64,000 nt of DNA from Proteromonas lacertae (lineage: Eukaryota): the NCBI GenBank assembly GCA_002245135.1, contig NGBS01000601.1, positions 1 to 64,000 on the forward strand, in the 5' to 3' direction. Of the stretch, positions 20,979 to 34,504 are shown in pieces. Within the stretch, counting starts at the first letter, position 1. Every line of letters starts with the position of its first letter. The notes beneath the pieces are model-generated. The model worked only from the letters and a program-made list of their open reading frames with translations, was not told the origin of the DNA and did not search any database. The position numbers were made by a program, and so were the translations under genes.

Positions 20979-22576
20979 ATGATAAAATCAATTCCAAGAT
21001 ATTTTAAAAGGAATGTGAATAATTTTCGATCAGTATTGGTGTATTTATATTGAATAGAATGTAGAATTGATAAAAGTGTTTAGAGTTAGTAGCTTTAGTC
21101 CTGTTGTTTCAAAATCAGTATTAATGAGATGTTTTACAACAGATTCATACAAAATGATGAATATGATGAGATGTAATATCAGTAGTGATAAAGTATAAAA
21201 TACTGTCTGTCTATAATAAACAGTCAAATGAAAGCTTAGCTCCAAGTTACAATGATGAATTTCGAGAAGGATTTGATTACTTTAATTCCGTATGACTTTT
21301 GATGATGTTATATAAACTCCATAGAAAGATTATGAAAGAGCAATAGAATGTTTTAAATGTGCATTAGAAATATCATTAACAAATGAACAAAAATATTATT
21401 GTAGATATAATATAGGTGGTTGTTATTTCAATATTGTATGATTTAATATAATTATTATAATAGAAAGAATATGAAAAAGCATTGGAATATTATAAATGTG
21501 CATTAGAAATATCATTAACAAATGAACAAAAATATGACTGTAGATATAATATAGGTGATTGTTATTTGAAACTTGTATAATGATATAATATAATGATTAT
21601 AATAGAGTGAATATGAAAAAGCATTGGAATATTATAAATCTGCATTAGAAAGTGCATTTACAAATGAACAAAAATACAAATGTAGATGTGCTATAGGTTT
21701 ATGTTATTTCAATATTGTATAATGATATAATATAATGATTATAATAGAAAGAATATAAAAAAGCATTGGAATATTTGAAGTCTGCATTAGAAAGTGCATC
21801 TACAAATGAACAAAAATACAAATGTAGATGTGCTATAGGTTTATGTTATTTCAATATTGTATAATGATATAATATAATGATTATAATAGAAAGAATATAA
21901 AAAAGCATTGGAATATTTGAAGTCTGCATTAGAAAGTGCATCTACAAATGAACAAAAACATGATTGTAGATATCATATAGGTGGTTGTTATTTCAATATT
22001 GTATAATGATATAATATAATGATTATAATAGAGTGAATATAAAAAAGCATTGGAATATTTGAAGTCTGCATTAGAAAGTGCATTTACAAATGAACAAAAA
22101 TATGACTGTAGAAGTCATATAGGTGATTGTTATTTCTATATTGTATAATGATTTAATATAATGATTATAATAGAGTGAATATGATAAAGCGATAGATTAT
22201 TTGAAGTCTGCATTAGAAAGTGCATCTACAAATGAACAAAAATATAACTGTAGATATAATATAGGTGATTGTTATTTCAATATTGTATAATGATTTAATA
22301 TAATGATTATAATAGAGTGAATATAAAAAAGCAATAGAATATTATAAATCTGCATTAGAATTATGTAAAAGTGATTATGAAAAGTTTGTATGTAATAATT
22401 CAATAGGTAAATGTTACTATAACAGTGTATAATATTAATATTAATGTAATGAATAGGATGAGATAGAAGAATCAAAGAAATACTTAACTGAAGCTTATAA
22501 ATATATATCAAGTGTAGAAGATAATGAAGAAAGAAAAGAATTTGAAGAAAGATATAACAAAGTGAACAATAAGTAA
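20979..22576 (+). CDS. Multi-exon TPR-repeat protein, possible mitochondrial presequence
   Basis: Spliced frame MIKSIPRYFKR..LMRCFTT.. followed by repeated EYEKALEYYKSALE..CRYNIGDCY exons. Confidence 0.75.
21325..22460 (+). repeat. Tandem array of ~8 142-bp units (111-nt TPR exon plus 31-nt intron)
   Basis: gaatat unit markers at 21467, 21609, 21751, 21893, 22035, 22177 and 22319. Confidence 0.95.
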
Positions 22577-22679
22577 TAATGATAAGAATTGAATTACTTT
22601 ATTATTATTTCATTACTTTGTTTTTGGTAAATATTTTCAAAATCTGCAATTATTACTTCTTTAAATTAAAACAAGTCTA

Positions 22680-23400
22680 TTATTTAGCAGGAGATCTTGG
22701 TGGTGATGCAGTTTTAACTGATGAACTTCTAGAATGGGATTTAGGTGAATTACTGTTATTCTCTTCTTTATTCATCTCATTTATTGATTTATTAATCTCT
22801 TTGAAAAAATCTTCATAAAAGAATTTTTCATTTTTACTCCATTTAATAAAGAAACCACTTTTATCATTATCTGATAATTCAGGAAATACAGATGACATTA
22901 TTAAATCATATGTTACATATTCTACATAATTCAAATTATCTCCATCATATCTATGAAACAGACTACAAATACTCTTCTGTAAATCAGGAATTAGAATTAT
23001 ATCACTTACTAAACTATTCATATTTCGACGAATTTGAGTTCTTTCAGTAACTACAAATTCTTATTTTTCTTTTTCAACTTTTCCAGATCTTCTACCTGAG
23101 TATACTTTTGATTGTCTAAGAGGATGTTTTGGAGGTTTTGGTTCTGCACCATAAGCTGAATGACTCTCTGGTGGTGTTGGTTTCATAAAACTCTTCCTCT
23201 TGTTCTTTGGCATTGCAAATGACTTGGTATATTTAACATAAGATTGAAAGAACACTCACAGCAATATAATTTGATTGGTTCTTTTTCTAAATAGATTATA
23301 TCTTCTGAATCGAATGAATTATAATGATAGAACATATTTCTTTCATCTGCTGTGCTTAATGTATTAATTTGATTATTATTACTAACAATACAACTTTCGT
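22680..23400 (-). pseudogene. Hypothetical gene with in-frame TAA (23061-23063) and a probable frameshift
   Basis: ORF 23061-23255 reads through the TAA in frame into ORF 22680-23021. Confidence 0.4.
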
Positions 23401-23917
23401 CAATACTATAAATATCTTCATCGGCAGAATCCTTTCCAAATTCGAGTTAAGTATTAAATTAAAATATGTCTTTATTCTGTTAGTAATGTCTTATCCATTT
23501 TGATTCTATATAACATTTATAGACTCATAATTAAAGAATATACGGTACTGTTATAAAATATAGGTTAAAATTGGATATATCTAATAATTCTATTTGTAGT
23601 GGTTTAGTCAACGAATAAACGTATAAAATGATGGTAATATGATGTTCTTTAAATACTTGGTTATTCTAAAAAATAGGGTATATTTTCGGTCATAAATCGT
23701 TTTTTAATAAAATAATGGGATGTAAAGAGTCTACTGTAAAAGTACATTCAGATGATGATAAGAACAATAACAGTAGTTCAACATATATTACAAGGTTTGA
23801 CTAATTTTTGTTTAATTATTCTTTTTATTTAATTTTATTTTGTGTTATTTAATATAGACAAACACTGAAAAGTAAATTAAAAATAATAAATATATTAGTC
23901 AATATAAAAATGGTCAA

Positions 23918-24881
23918 TTAACGAGAATAAGGTGGAGGTGGTGGTATTTGTTGATTTCTATCATCTATATACAAATTAAAATAACTAATTCAATATATAC
24001 TCATCCTTGGATCTCTATTTCTCAACCTCGGATCACTTATATCATTACCTCTATTCCTATCATACCAATCATTACCACCCCTTGGTGGTGGTGGTGGTGG
24101 TGGTGGAGCATAATAGGGCATATAAGAAGATGATATTCCTCCTTGCATTGGTGGTGCTTGAGGAGGTAATTGTGAATTATATGAATTTGCATGTATATCA
24201 TTCATTCCATTGACTATATGATGTTATAATAACAAATTATACATTTTCTTTGCTTATTTGCTTCATATCGTTGATCCATTTTTCGTTTATCATAATGTTG
24301 AACTTTACTTACCATTTCTAATTTTACTTGTGCTAATAATAATGCTTTAGCTAATTGTGGATAATCTTGCAGTATGATTCTCGCTTGTTCTGGGCTTTGT
24401 TCTACAAAACTTTTCATTTGTGAAACAAATGTCCAGATTTCTCGTTTGGTAAATGATTCTAAACATTCTGCTAATGTATCTTCAGATGATTTCATCCTTT
24501 CTTGACTTACCTATTAATATTAATTATTGAAGTTAAAATACATTTTGATCATTCTTCTGTAGTCTTGCTTGATTTGAATATCCAATCTTCAATTGCCTTC
24601 CATAAAAGTCAAAGTTTTGAAATTTCTTCATTGCGGCTTCTACTGTCTCTGGATCTCTATATTCACAAAAACCATATCCTGACGGTTTTCCATCTGGGTT
24701 TTTCTTCATCCTATATATCAATAATATTTCATAAATACTCAAAAGATACAATAGGTCCAACTAAACCTAACAATTCCCTTAATTTTTCTTCTGATGCTCC
24801 ATAAGGAATATTACCAACTACATTTTATTAAAAATAATATATAATACCAAATATTTTACATCTAGCATTGCCTGTAGACAT
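23918..24881 (-). CDS. CSTF2: Cleavage stimulation factor 64 kDa subunit (RRM plus hinge), multi-exon
   Basis: [20 protein letters not shown] and [22 protein letters not shown] hinge. Confidence 0.88.
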
Positions 24882-25290
24882 TTTTAATAAAATGTGATTT
24901 GAATGTCTCAAGCCGAGTTTTTTTATTTTCTTATATTTATAAAGAAACCTTTGCTTTTGTAGAGAGAAAATATCATCAAACCCATATTGTTAAGCAAATA
25001 TGTAGAAAAATCTAAACCTTTTCTTGATTCAGTATGAAACCTAGCTTTTTATCGAATATATATGAAAAGGGAATGATTATTAAGCAAATCTATTCATTTT
25101 TTATTTCTATAAGGTTATTTAATGATTAACTTTTTTAGCCTCTCTGTTTTTTTGAAAAACGGTTATAAATTATTCATAATTGTAAGTTATTTTTATCTTA
25201 TTCTTACACTTGTTTGTTCTTTTTTACATTATATTTGGTGAATATTATTTTTATTTCTTTAATAGATAAAGTCAGGAAGCAAAACTCACA

Positions 25291-28200
25291 ATGAGTGATG
25301 ATAATGTTAAAGTTGCAGTTAGAATGCGACCTTTCAATAAGAGAGAAAAAGATTTAAACTGTGAATGTTGTATTACTATTTATCCAGAATTACAACAAAC
25401 TGTTATTGTTGATCTTGACGAAAGTGTATAATTATTGTATTATATCTCTCTAGAAAAAAGAAAATAAGTTCACTTTCGATTTTAGTTATAATTCCTTCGA
25501 TGCAAATGCACCAGGCTTCTGTAGTCAATCAACAGTTTGGAATGATATTGGTGTAAAGGTATTAGAATCAGCTTACAAAGGTTACAATGTCAGTTTATTC
25601 GCTTATGGTCAAACAGGTGCAGGTAAATCATATTCTATGATGGGTTACCCAGCAACACCACTTAATCCAGGTTCAGGTATTATTCCCGTAGCTTGTGATG
25701 AAATATTCAAGAAAGTTGATAGTAATGACAATGCTGATTTAACCTACAAAGTCGAATGTTCTATGTTAGAAATTTATATGGAAAAAGTGAGAGATCTTTT
25801 CGCACCAGAAAAAGGAAATTTGAAAGTTCGTGAATTAGTTGGTAAAGGTTTCTATGTCCAAGATTTAGCTGAAATGGCTGTTACAAACTTTGATCAAATA
25901 GAAAAACTCATGGATGCTGGTACAAAAGCTAGAACAATTGCTGCTACTAACATGAATGCAACTTCCTCCAGAGCTCATACCATCTTCGTAATTAAACTAA
26001 CACAAACAACAGTAAATCATGAAACAGCCAAAGCTACAGATAAAGTGTCACTTATTAATTTAATTGATTTAGCTGGAAGTGAAAGACAAAGTGGTACTGG
26101 TGCAGAAGGTTTAGCTTTGAAACAAGGTTGTGCAATTAACCAATCATTATCTGCATTAGGTAATGTCATTTCAGCCTTAGCAAAGAATGATGGTAAATCC
26201 AAAGTACCTTATCGTAGTTCAGTATTAACTCAATTATTGAAGAACTCATTAGGTGGTAATGCAAAGACTTATATGATTGCTGCTTTATCACCAGCTTCAG
26301 TGAATTATAAAGAAACTTTATCAACATTACGTTATGCAGATAGAGCAAAACAGATTAAGAATAAAGCTGTAGTAAATGAAGATCCTAATGTTAAGATGAT
26401 TAGATCATTACAAGAGGAGATTGCAAAGTTGAAAGCAGCTTTAGGAAATGGAGGTGTATTACCTTCAGATCCAGGTGCGGCTGCAGAACAAATGGAGGAG
26501 ATAAAGAAACAAATTGAAGCTGAAAAAGAGCGAGAAATTGCTGAGTTAAAAGCAAAGATGGAGGAAATGGAGAAGAATAATAATATGACTTGGGAAGAAA
26601 GAGTAGCTCAATCTCAGAATCAAATAGCTGCTTTACAAGATGTAGCTGGTGCTGAGACAGTAGTAGATGAAACGAAGAAAAAGACAGAACCATATTTAGT
26701 AAATCTTCATGAAGATATTGCCTTTGATAGAAAGATTTATCATTTTATTGATGAAGGTGAGAATACAATTGGTAGAGCCAAAGCTGATAGAGAGAATAAG
26801 ATAAAATTAGGAGGAATTGGTGTTCAAAAGAATCATGCAACAATTACTAGAACTGGTGAAATAATAAAGATAAAAGCTGATGAACCAAAAGCCAATATAT
26901 TTGTAAATGGTAAGACAGTAAAAGAAGAAATGGAATTACATAATTATGATCGTGTTATTTTAGGTAATAATCATATATTCTTATTTATTATACCAACTCA
27001 AGATCCACCAGAGAATGCTGATTCAATTGATTATGATTATTCATTACAAGAAGCTAATGCAGCTGCAGCTAGTGCATTAACAGGTGGAGGTGCTGGTGGT
27101 GCTACTCCTGGTAATGATGAAGAAATGCAAAAGAGAATAAAAGATATGGAAGCTAAAGCTGATGAAGAAAAGAAGAAAGCATTAGAAGAACAACAAAGAG
27201 TAATGAAAGAAATGGAAGAAAAAATGAAAGCAGAATTAGAAGCAAAAGAGAAAGAAATGAGAGAAAAGCATATGGCTGAAGAAGAATTGAAGAAACAACT
27301 ACAAGAAAGAGAAGAAGCCATGAAGAAAGAGCAAGAAGAGAAGTTGAAAGAACAGGCAATGAAACAAAAAGAATTAGAAGAAAAATTACAAAAACAAATG
27401 GAAGAAACTGAGAAATTAGCAAGACGTGAGAAGAAGAGAAAAGAGGAGAAATCATTATTAGATGAGAAGATAGTGAAAGCAATTCCATTAGTGAATGAAG
27501 CTAATAGTATAGCTGAAGAATTAGGTAAAAATATTAGTTTCTATTTGAAATTAATATCTGTGAATATGGAAAGTGTAGAAAATGAGACTGTTCAATTATA
27601 TGTATTAGTTAATTATGGTACAATTAGTAAATCTTGGATTTATGAAGACTTTGTAATGAGATTATATGATATGAGAGAGTTATATAATAGTGTAATAGTA
27701 GAAGGTGAAAAACCTGAAGATTTAGATATGGCAGATCCATTTGTTGATGATAGTGAACAATTCATAGGAAAAGCAACAATCTATACACAATTCTTATACA
27801 ATATATTACCAATTGATGATCCTACTCCATTAGTAGATTACAGTGGTAAACCAGCTGGCGATTTAGTAGTAGTAATGGAACCTTTTATATTAGATAAAGA
27901 AGGTAATAGATTAAGTGAAGATGATATGTTATTTGATAATGTTAAAGAATGTAAAGGTGAACAGATGGAGATAGTAATTACAATTAGTGGATGTAGAGGT
28001 TTACCAAAAGACTTTGCATCTAATACAAGAGTACAATATAAATGGTTTTTAGAAGATGATTATTGTACAACTGATGTATGTGAACAAAAGACATTAAATC
28101 CAAAATTCAGTTATTCTCATAGTTTTAAACAACCAATCACTGATGATTTTATAAAGTACTTAGAAGATGGATGTATTGTATTTGAAGTGTATGGTAAAGC

Positions 28201-28402
28201 TGCTAGTGATATGAATAAGACAAGTATTGGAGTTAGAGCCAGTAGAAATCATTTATTAACTCCCAATGATTTTGCTCCAAGTGGCAGATCAACACCAGCT
28301 CCTGATTACTTAATGGATTTGAAGGAGTCTATTCCTTTAACCAACACTCCAAAGAATTTTTCAGATGATGTTCCTGTAAGTGAAGCTTGTGTTATATTTT
28401 AA
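25291..28402 (+). CDS. Kinesin-3 family motor (motor, FHA, coiled coil, C2-like domain, C-terminal CaaX); one intron near 25425-25453
   Basis: VKVAVRMRPFN, GQTGAGKS, SSRAH, LIDLAGSE, LVNLHED..FHA; ends CVIF. Confidence 0.93.
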
Positions 28403-28961
28403 AAATATTCTTATGTTTTTTGTTATTGTTTTTGTTGTTATAAATAACCCAAGTTACAGAGGACAAGAACATGATAGAATAAGGACAAGTTATTATTTTC
28501 ATTGAATTTAATTGATAATAGAAGTGTAGACTGTATAAATATTGCGTTTTTACATATATTAATCAATTAATAACAATAAATGCATACGTTTTTGTGTATG
28601 TATTCAATTTATTTACATGATCTATTAAATTAAGCTTTCTTCGTTATAACTATTTCATTTCACGGTATCCCTTTTAAAATGATGATATGTAAATGAAATC
28701 AACATAATTTAGATTAGTTAAATAGACAATCGTCACAAAAATTCTAATCAACAGAAAAAACACAATAATAATAATAATAAATTATATAATTAATCATTCT
28801 CATTTCCTCAAAGTAACTATTTATTATAAATAAAAAATCTGGTAGAAGTGGATGGTCCAAATACTCTAACTCTTACTCAAGCCAACAACTAACGACTATT
28901 TTTTTAATGAGTTAATCATTTTAAAATGGTATAATTTTTGAATTATATTATTTTTAGATGA

Positions 28962-29390
28962 TCAAACAGTAGTATTGTTCCTCAGTCTACAAAATCCAGT
29001 AAAAAGAAGGAAAAGTGGACAGAGGCAGAAGAACTAAGGTTTATTGATCTATTGATCGATAAGAGGCAATCTAATGTGAATAACTATCTAATCAAAAAAA
29101 CTTGGGAAAGTATTGCAGAACAACAAAGAATTTCATCACGACAGAACAGCAAGAAGTTTGAAAGAAAAAAAAATCTACCTAAGCTATATAGTAGCTATGA
29201 ATTACTTTTCAAAAACAGCTCTTGTGATCCTGTTATGAAAAGTGACAATGTAATTTCTCACTTAAAGAGAAAAAAAGTAGAAATTTATAATAAATTATCA
29301 AAGATAAGTAAAATCGAACAAACAACAGAAGAAGTAAAAGAGGAAGCAGTATTACTAATGACATTAACGGAAAAGTATGGGAAGAAGTAA
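28962..29390 (+). CDS. Myb/SANT-like small protein, 5' end uncertain
   Basis: KWTEAEELRFIDLL..TWESIAE in frame with ORF 29052-29390. Confidence 0.45.
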   Translation, partial: SNSSIVPQSTKSSKKKEKWTEAEELRFIDLLIDKRQSNVNNYLIKKTWESIAEQQRISSRQNSKKFERKKNLPKLYSSYELLFKNSSCDPVMKSDNVISHLKRKKVEIYNKLSKISKIEQTTEEVKEEAVLLMTLTEKYGKK

Positions 29391-29959
29391 ACCAATTCAT
29401 TAAGATTATTAACCGAAATAATACAAAAGAAAATGTAATATAAAAAAATAAAATATTACATTCTATGTTGTTATTTCTTTTCAAAATAAAAAAGAAACAT
29501 ATTTTAATATAAATTTCTATGATTAATTCTTCTAATAATGCTTTTTTCTAGAGAAATATTTTTGTTATGTTTATTTAAATATTCTACTACGATTTTTCTA
29601 GTATCTTGATGAATGTTTCTTTTTATTGTCGATAGTTCTCCATCTATGTGATTCCTTTTTTCAATTTAATTAAATAATTGATATAATACAAACAGAGCAA
29701 TAGAAATGCTTAATAACTTCTTCTGCCACTTTACTGTGTGGATTTTCTAAAATTGCAGACATAGGTTATATGATAAACTAAGTTAAAAGTAACAATATTT
29801 CATCAAAATAAGTAAGAATATGCATTTAGTTTGTTTCTAAAGTCTCTAGTCGCTGAACGGGGAGTTGTACTCAACTGAGAACAACAGGTTTTTTTATAAT
29901 CATCGACAGGGTTAGATTGTGAGCTAACCCTGTATATATAAATATTAAAAATATAGAAG

Positions 29960-30803
29960 TTTGAATTCTGTTTGAATTCAATCCAAATCATAAATTTTAA
30001 TGATTTTGTGGAATTTATTATGTCTGAAATAAGAAAAATATGTGCATATTCATATTCACCTAAGAATATGAATAAAACCTCAAAATATAAACTTCTATGT
30101 GAACTTTTAGATGTCATTATTAGAAAACAGCAGTATTTAAATCGTTATAAGTATATATAAATAATATTAAATTATATTTGATAGGTTCAAAGGAGATAAT
30201 AAGGTGTCTTCATTAGATAGACTAAATGAGATATTAAAAGAATGCGCAAACAAAAGAACTGAAATACTTTTTCTTGATGGTCTTAAAGAAGTGTTTTCTA
30301 TCCTGTTGATGAATCTAGCTTACTATCCATTGAATTTTAAGACATTAGTATAAATATAGTTTTATTTATTATAATTAGACTGATAGGCAACTTGATTACT
30401 TTGTGGAGGATTTTAAAGACCTGTTGCATGTAAACATATTGGAAATGGGAGATGATAATCCCCTAGTTAATTGTATTGGTGCTGAAAATATTAATGGTAT
30501 GGAGATAGTATATTCATATAGTATATTATATTGTATCACTAAACTCAATATAGTTAAATGGAGCCAATTCAAACCAATTTATAATTATATTTGTAGTTTG
30601 ATAGAAACTATGATTCAATTACTTGAAACTATCGATAAAGTTGTGTATGAAGTTTCTGTTTAAGTTATAACGGATTTGGAGGAAGAAAGAAACAAAATAT
30701 TACATGAATTAGTCATCATTGAAGATAGTGATCTTGATACAGATAGAACAGATTTATCAACTGAAGAAGATATTGGAATTTATTTATTTAGTTATGCTGA
30801 ATA
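29960..30803 (+). pseudogene. Multi-exon hypothetical gene with an in-frame TAA at 30661
   Basis: Consecutive short ORFs separated by GT-AG introns; the frame continues after the TAA as VITDLEEERNKIL. Confidence 0.35.
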
Positions 30804-31117
30804 AGTTTTGAAATGTAATGTTGAATTAACTATGATAAATATATATTTTTATGTTTGTTATGAGTAAAAATCATTATCTTCAATCGATTGGTATGCTTAT
30901 TGGTTTATATAAATATCTTCTTTAACTAAAATGCAATAGGGTGAAATAGCACACATAAAACGGCTATTTTTTTGAATCAAAAAACAATAGGTGGTTATAG
31001 CACACTGTACTATAACCACCTAATACTCATTATTATCTTTTATATCATATTTAGCTGAAAATGAAATTTTAAAAATTGAATTAGGCTTGATTTGGTTTGA
31101 TTCTTTCAATATTTTCA

Positions 31118-33937
31118 ATGTCTTCAAAATTAAGCAATTTGCTTGAAAGAGCAAAACGATTGGAATCATCAATTAATAACAACGGTATTCCTATTCAAAA
31201 AGTATGTATTTGCCGTGTTTAAGCTGAATAGAAAAATTTAGAAGCATTATCAACACTTTCAACAGAATTCAATGAAAATATAATAACAGAAAGAATCACA
31301 GACCCATCAAAGACTAATGCGTATTAAAGTTATATATATATATATTATATAGTCAGCTATTTTTGGCATCGAAAGGATTCGAAGCTGATAAATTAAATTC
31401 CTCCGTTGAAAATGCCACATTTCGTAACACTGAAGAGCCAATGAGTCAATTAGATGCAGCAGATATTAATGGATATTTACAACATCACCATCAACTAATA
31501 ATTCATTCTGCACTAGAAAACGCTAAAAAGGAATCCTTATCAAAATCAACAACAGTATTTGATGATTATATATCCAATTTATGGAATGAGCAACGTCAGG
31601 CAATAATCAAAGGATCAGGTTGGAAAAGAAATCTTAAAGAAAACAATGCTTCAATATCAAACTCATTAAATTTAGATAATCCTATAATTCCCGAAATTCC
31701 ATTTAATATCAACAATAATTCATTGTCCTTCAACAACATGAATAATAATAATAATGGTTTCTATGTTAATCCATCATTTTCAAATGTATTTTATTTATCA
31801 ATATTATTTTTAGATTACATTATCATCTCAATATACTGATCAAATGAAATCTTATGGAAATGTAATAAAAGATATATGTAGAAACAGTACTGGTATATTA
31901 AACAAACCTTATCCACTGATAAATAAACTAATATCATCACAGAACGAAGGTAATGATGTTGAATTGTCATTCTGTTGGAGATTAATGAAGTATTACTTTG
32001 ATGAAACAAAAGAAGAGATAGAAAAAGGATATTATAAACAATTTTTAGAAAAGTATATAGCTATATATATTATTATTATTATTATTATGTAATAGTAATA
32101 ATTATGAAAATATCTTATCAATCTTACTAAATAATAGTATAAAATGTTTAGAGGATGATTACTTCAACTTGATAAAAAGAAAAGTGATAGATTCACCAAC
32201 TTATCGAGAAGATGGAGGAGAATTGAGTGATTTTGATATAATCTATGATTATACTTCTTTATTATTAAGTGAAAGAAAGAAAATTGGATTTAATATTACA
32301 ACTACTAGAGTTGATGATGTAGCACTATGGGAAATGGTATTTTATAGTTTAAGATGTGGTAAAATCAATGTAGCAATTGATATACTTATTCATAATAAAC
32401 CAAAATTGTTATTAATAGAAGAATCTAGTAATGTAATAAAAGCTTTAAAAATGTTAGAAAATTTTCCATCATCTTTAAATGTGAATGATTTAAAAGTGTT
32501 TACTGATTTACAGAGTTATTTAGCATCATTAAATCAAAAACAAGATGTAGATTCATATTTGTATATTATTTATTATTTATAATATATAAATAGAATAGGT
32601 GTATTGTCAATAATCTGTTTCAGTCCAATAAAGAATAAAGATATAAAGAATATGCTATACCCAACTATTCAAGATTATTATTACAATCAATTATATAGGA
32701 TTTGTCATCCACTTACTAAACATAAACATCAATTCTTGAATGAATATAAGTATATAAATATATTATTATTATTATTATATAGTAAATTGGTTGATTTCAC
32801 AATGAAACTTGGTAGCTCTCATTTCTCCAGTAAAGGAAGAAAACCATTAATATATTTCGAAGTGTTGTTATTACTATGCCGATTTGAAGATGCAATTAAT
32901 TATCTAGTACAACAACAGAATACTAACTTAGCAGTTGAAGCTGTACATTTTGGTATTGTATTACATTATTATGGAGTATTATCAACCTGTAAAGAGAATA
33001 GAAAAGATGATTCTTTTTTAGTTGATAATAATAATAATAATAATAGACCATCATTAGTTTTAATAGATATTATAATGTTATATATTGAAGCATTTAACAA
33101 TATTGATCCATTATTATCTGCTTTGTATTTATATGTAATAGAATCTGATAATATAGAAGAATTATCTGAATCACTTGTTGTATATATATACCATAATTTA
33201 TAATAAATAGAAATTGGTATTAAATACCTCATCATGTGAAATGTTTTATGATAATGTTGATCCAACAGGCAAAAACAAAAAGCAATCAATTCTATTTCAA
33301 TTATTAAATAGTGAGAATATATACAATATAATCAATTATGCTGGGTCTGAATATGAAAGAAGAGGATCTTATCATAAATCCATCGAATTATATATTGTAT
33401 CTGAGAATTGGAATAGAATATTAGAATTATTGAATTATGAAATATGTCAATGTTTAAAATATGGTGAAACAAGTGATGGTAATAATTGGATTATTATCTC
33501 TAGGAATATTGCTTATACTTATTTCCAAGAAACATTCATAGAAATCAATAAAGATTTATTGAGAACCTTTGAGATTTTATTGAATTTGAGCATATATTTT
33601 GAATGTTTTAATAATGGTAATTGGTTGAAATGTATTGAAATAATGGATGAGTTAAATATTCTTCCTACTACAATGTACTCTACGGATGCTGCTGTGCAAT
33701 GTTATAGAAATTTCGATAAACATATTCAATATTTGATTGATAAAATAATAGATAGTTATATGCAAGTATTATATCATCAATATGAAATTGAAAAAGTGTA
33801 ATAATCCAAATGGTAACTTTGATGTGATTAAAGAAAGAGCTAATTCTGTTATGACATTTATGGGATTGAGTGGCATAGAGACTTCTGCTGAAATATCAAC
33901 AAGAATTAATCAATTAGTTTCTATGATGAAATCATAA
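31118..33937 (+). CDS. NUP93: Nucleoporin Nup93/Nic96, multi-exon (apparent indel in the A-run near 33795)
   Basis: FLASKGFE, DINGYL, LWEMVFYSLRCG, YFEVLLLLCRFEDAINYL, EAVHFGIVLHYYG. Confidence 0.88.
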
Positions 33938-34504
33938 AATAACAACACACCATTGTTTTTATTATTATTATTATAAACTGGGATTTAATAACATAAACTA
34001 TGGGGCTTTAACAATCAAAATACATCATCAACTCTAATAGCATTTATATCAATTAAGTAATGTTTCTTCTTCTATTTTCTTCATTAATGGAATAAAATAT
34101 GCAAACATAGCTGTTTTATCATCATTACATACTTTAACTGATGTTTTATCACAATTTATATCTCTCTGAATCTTCTTCTTTTATTTGTATCACAGTAATG
34201 ACTTACATCATATTTATCTATCCTTTCATTTTCAAATCACTGATTAACACTAAAACTTAACAATCATCATTTATATCATCATATCATATTCAATATGCAT
34301 TAATAAATCATAATAGAGTATTATTGTCTTTATCACACCTTCTGCAATTAAATTAAATCACATTTTAATTTTTGGGTTATTCAAAATTTTGATAAAAATC
34401 TAATTTCGTTATTTTTGTTATATATTTACATAAAGATGATAATAAAAGTGAATAAAAGCATAAGAGAAGAGGGGTATATTTTATATTTATTTTTATGATA
34501 GATT

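Noticed and set aside
21325..22460. CRISPR-like array
   Set aside because: The supposed spacers are homologous TPR exons and the repeats are GT-AG introns in a eukaryote.
28962..29390. Harbinger transposon implied by the Myb/SANT ORF
   Set aside because: No DDE nuclease or TIRs recognised nearby.
33780..33937. Nup93 pseudogenisation
   Set aside because: A single indel in an A-run of an otherwise intact conserved gene; more likely a sequencing error.
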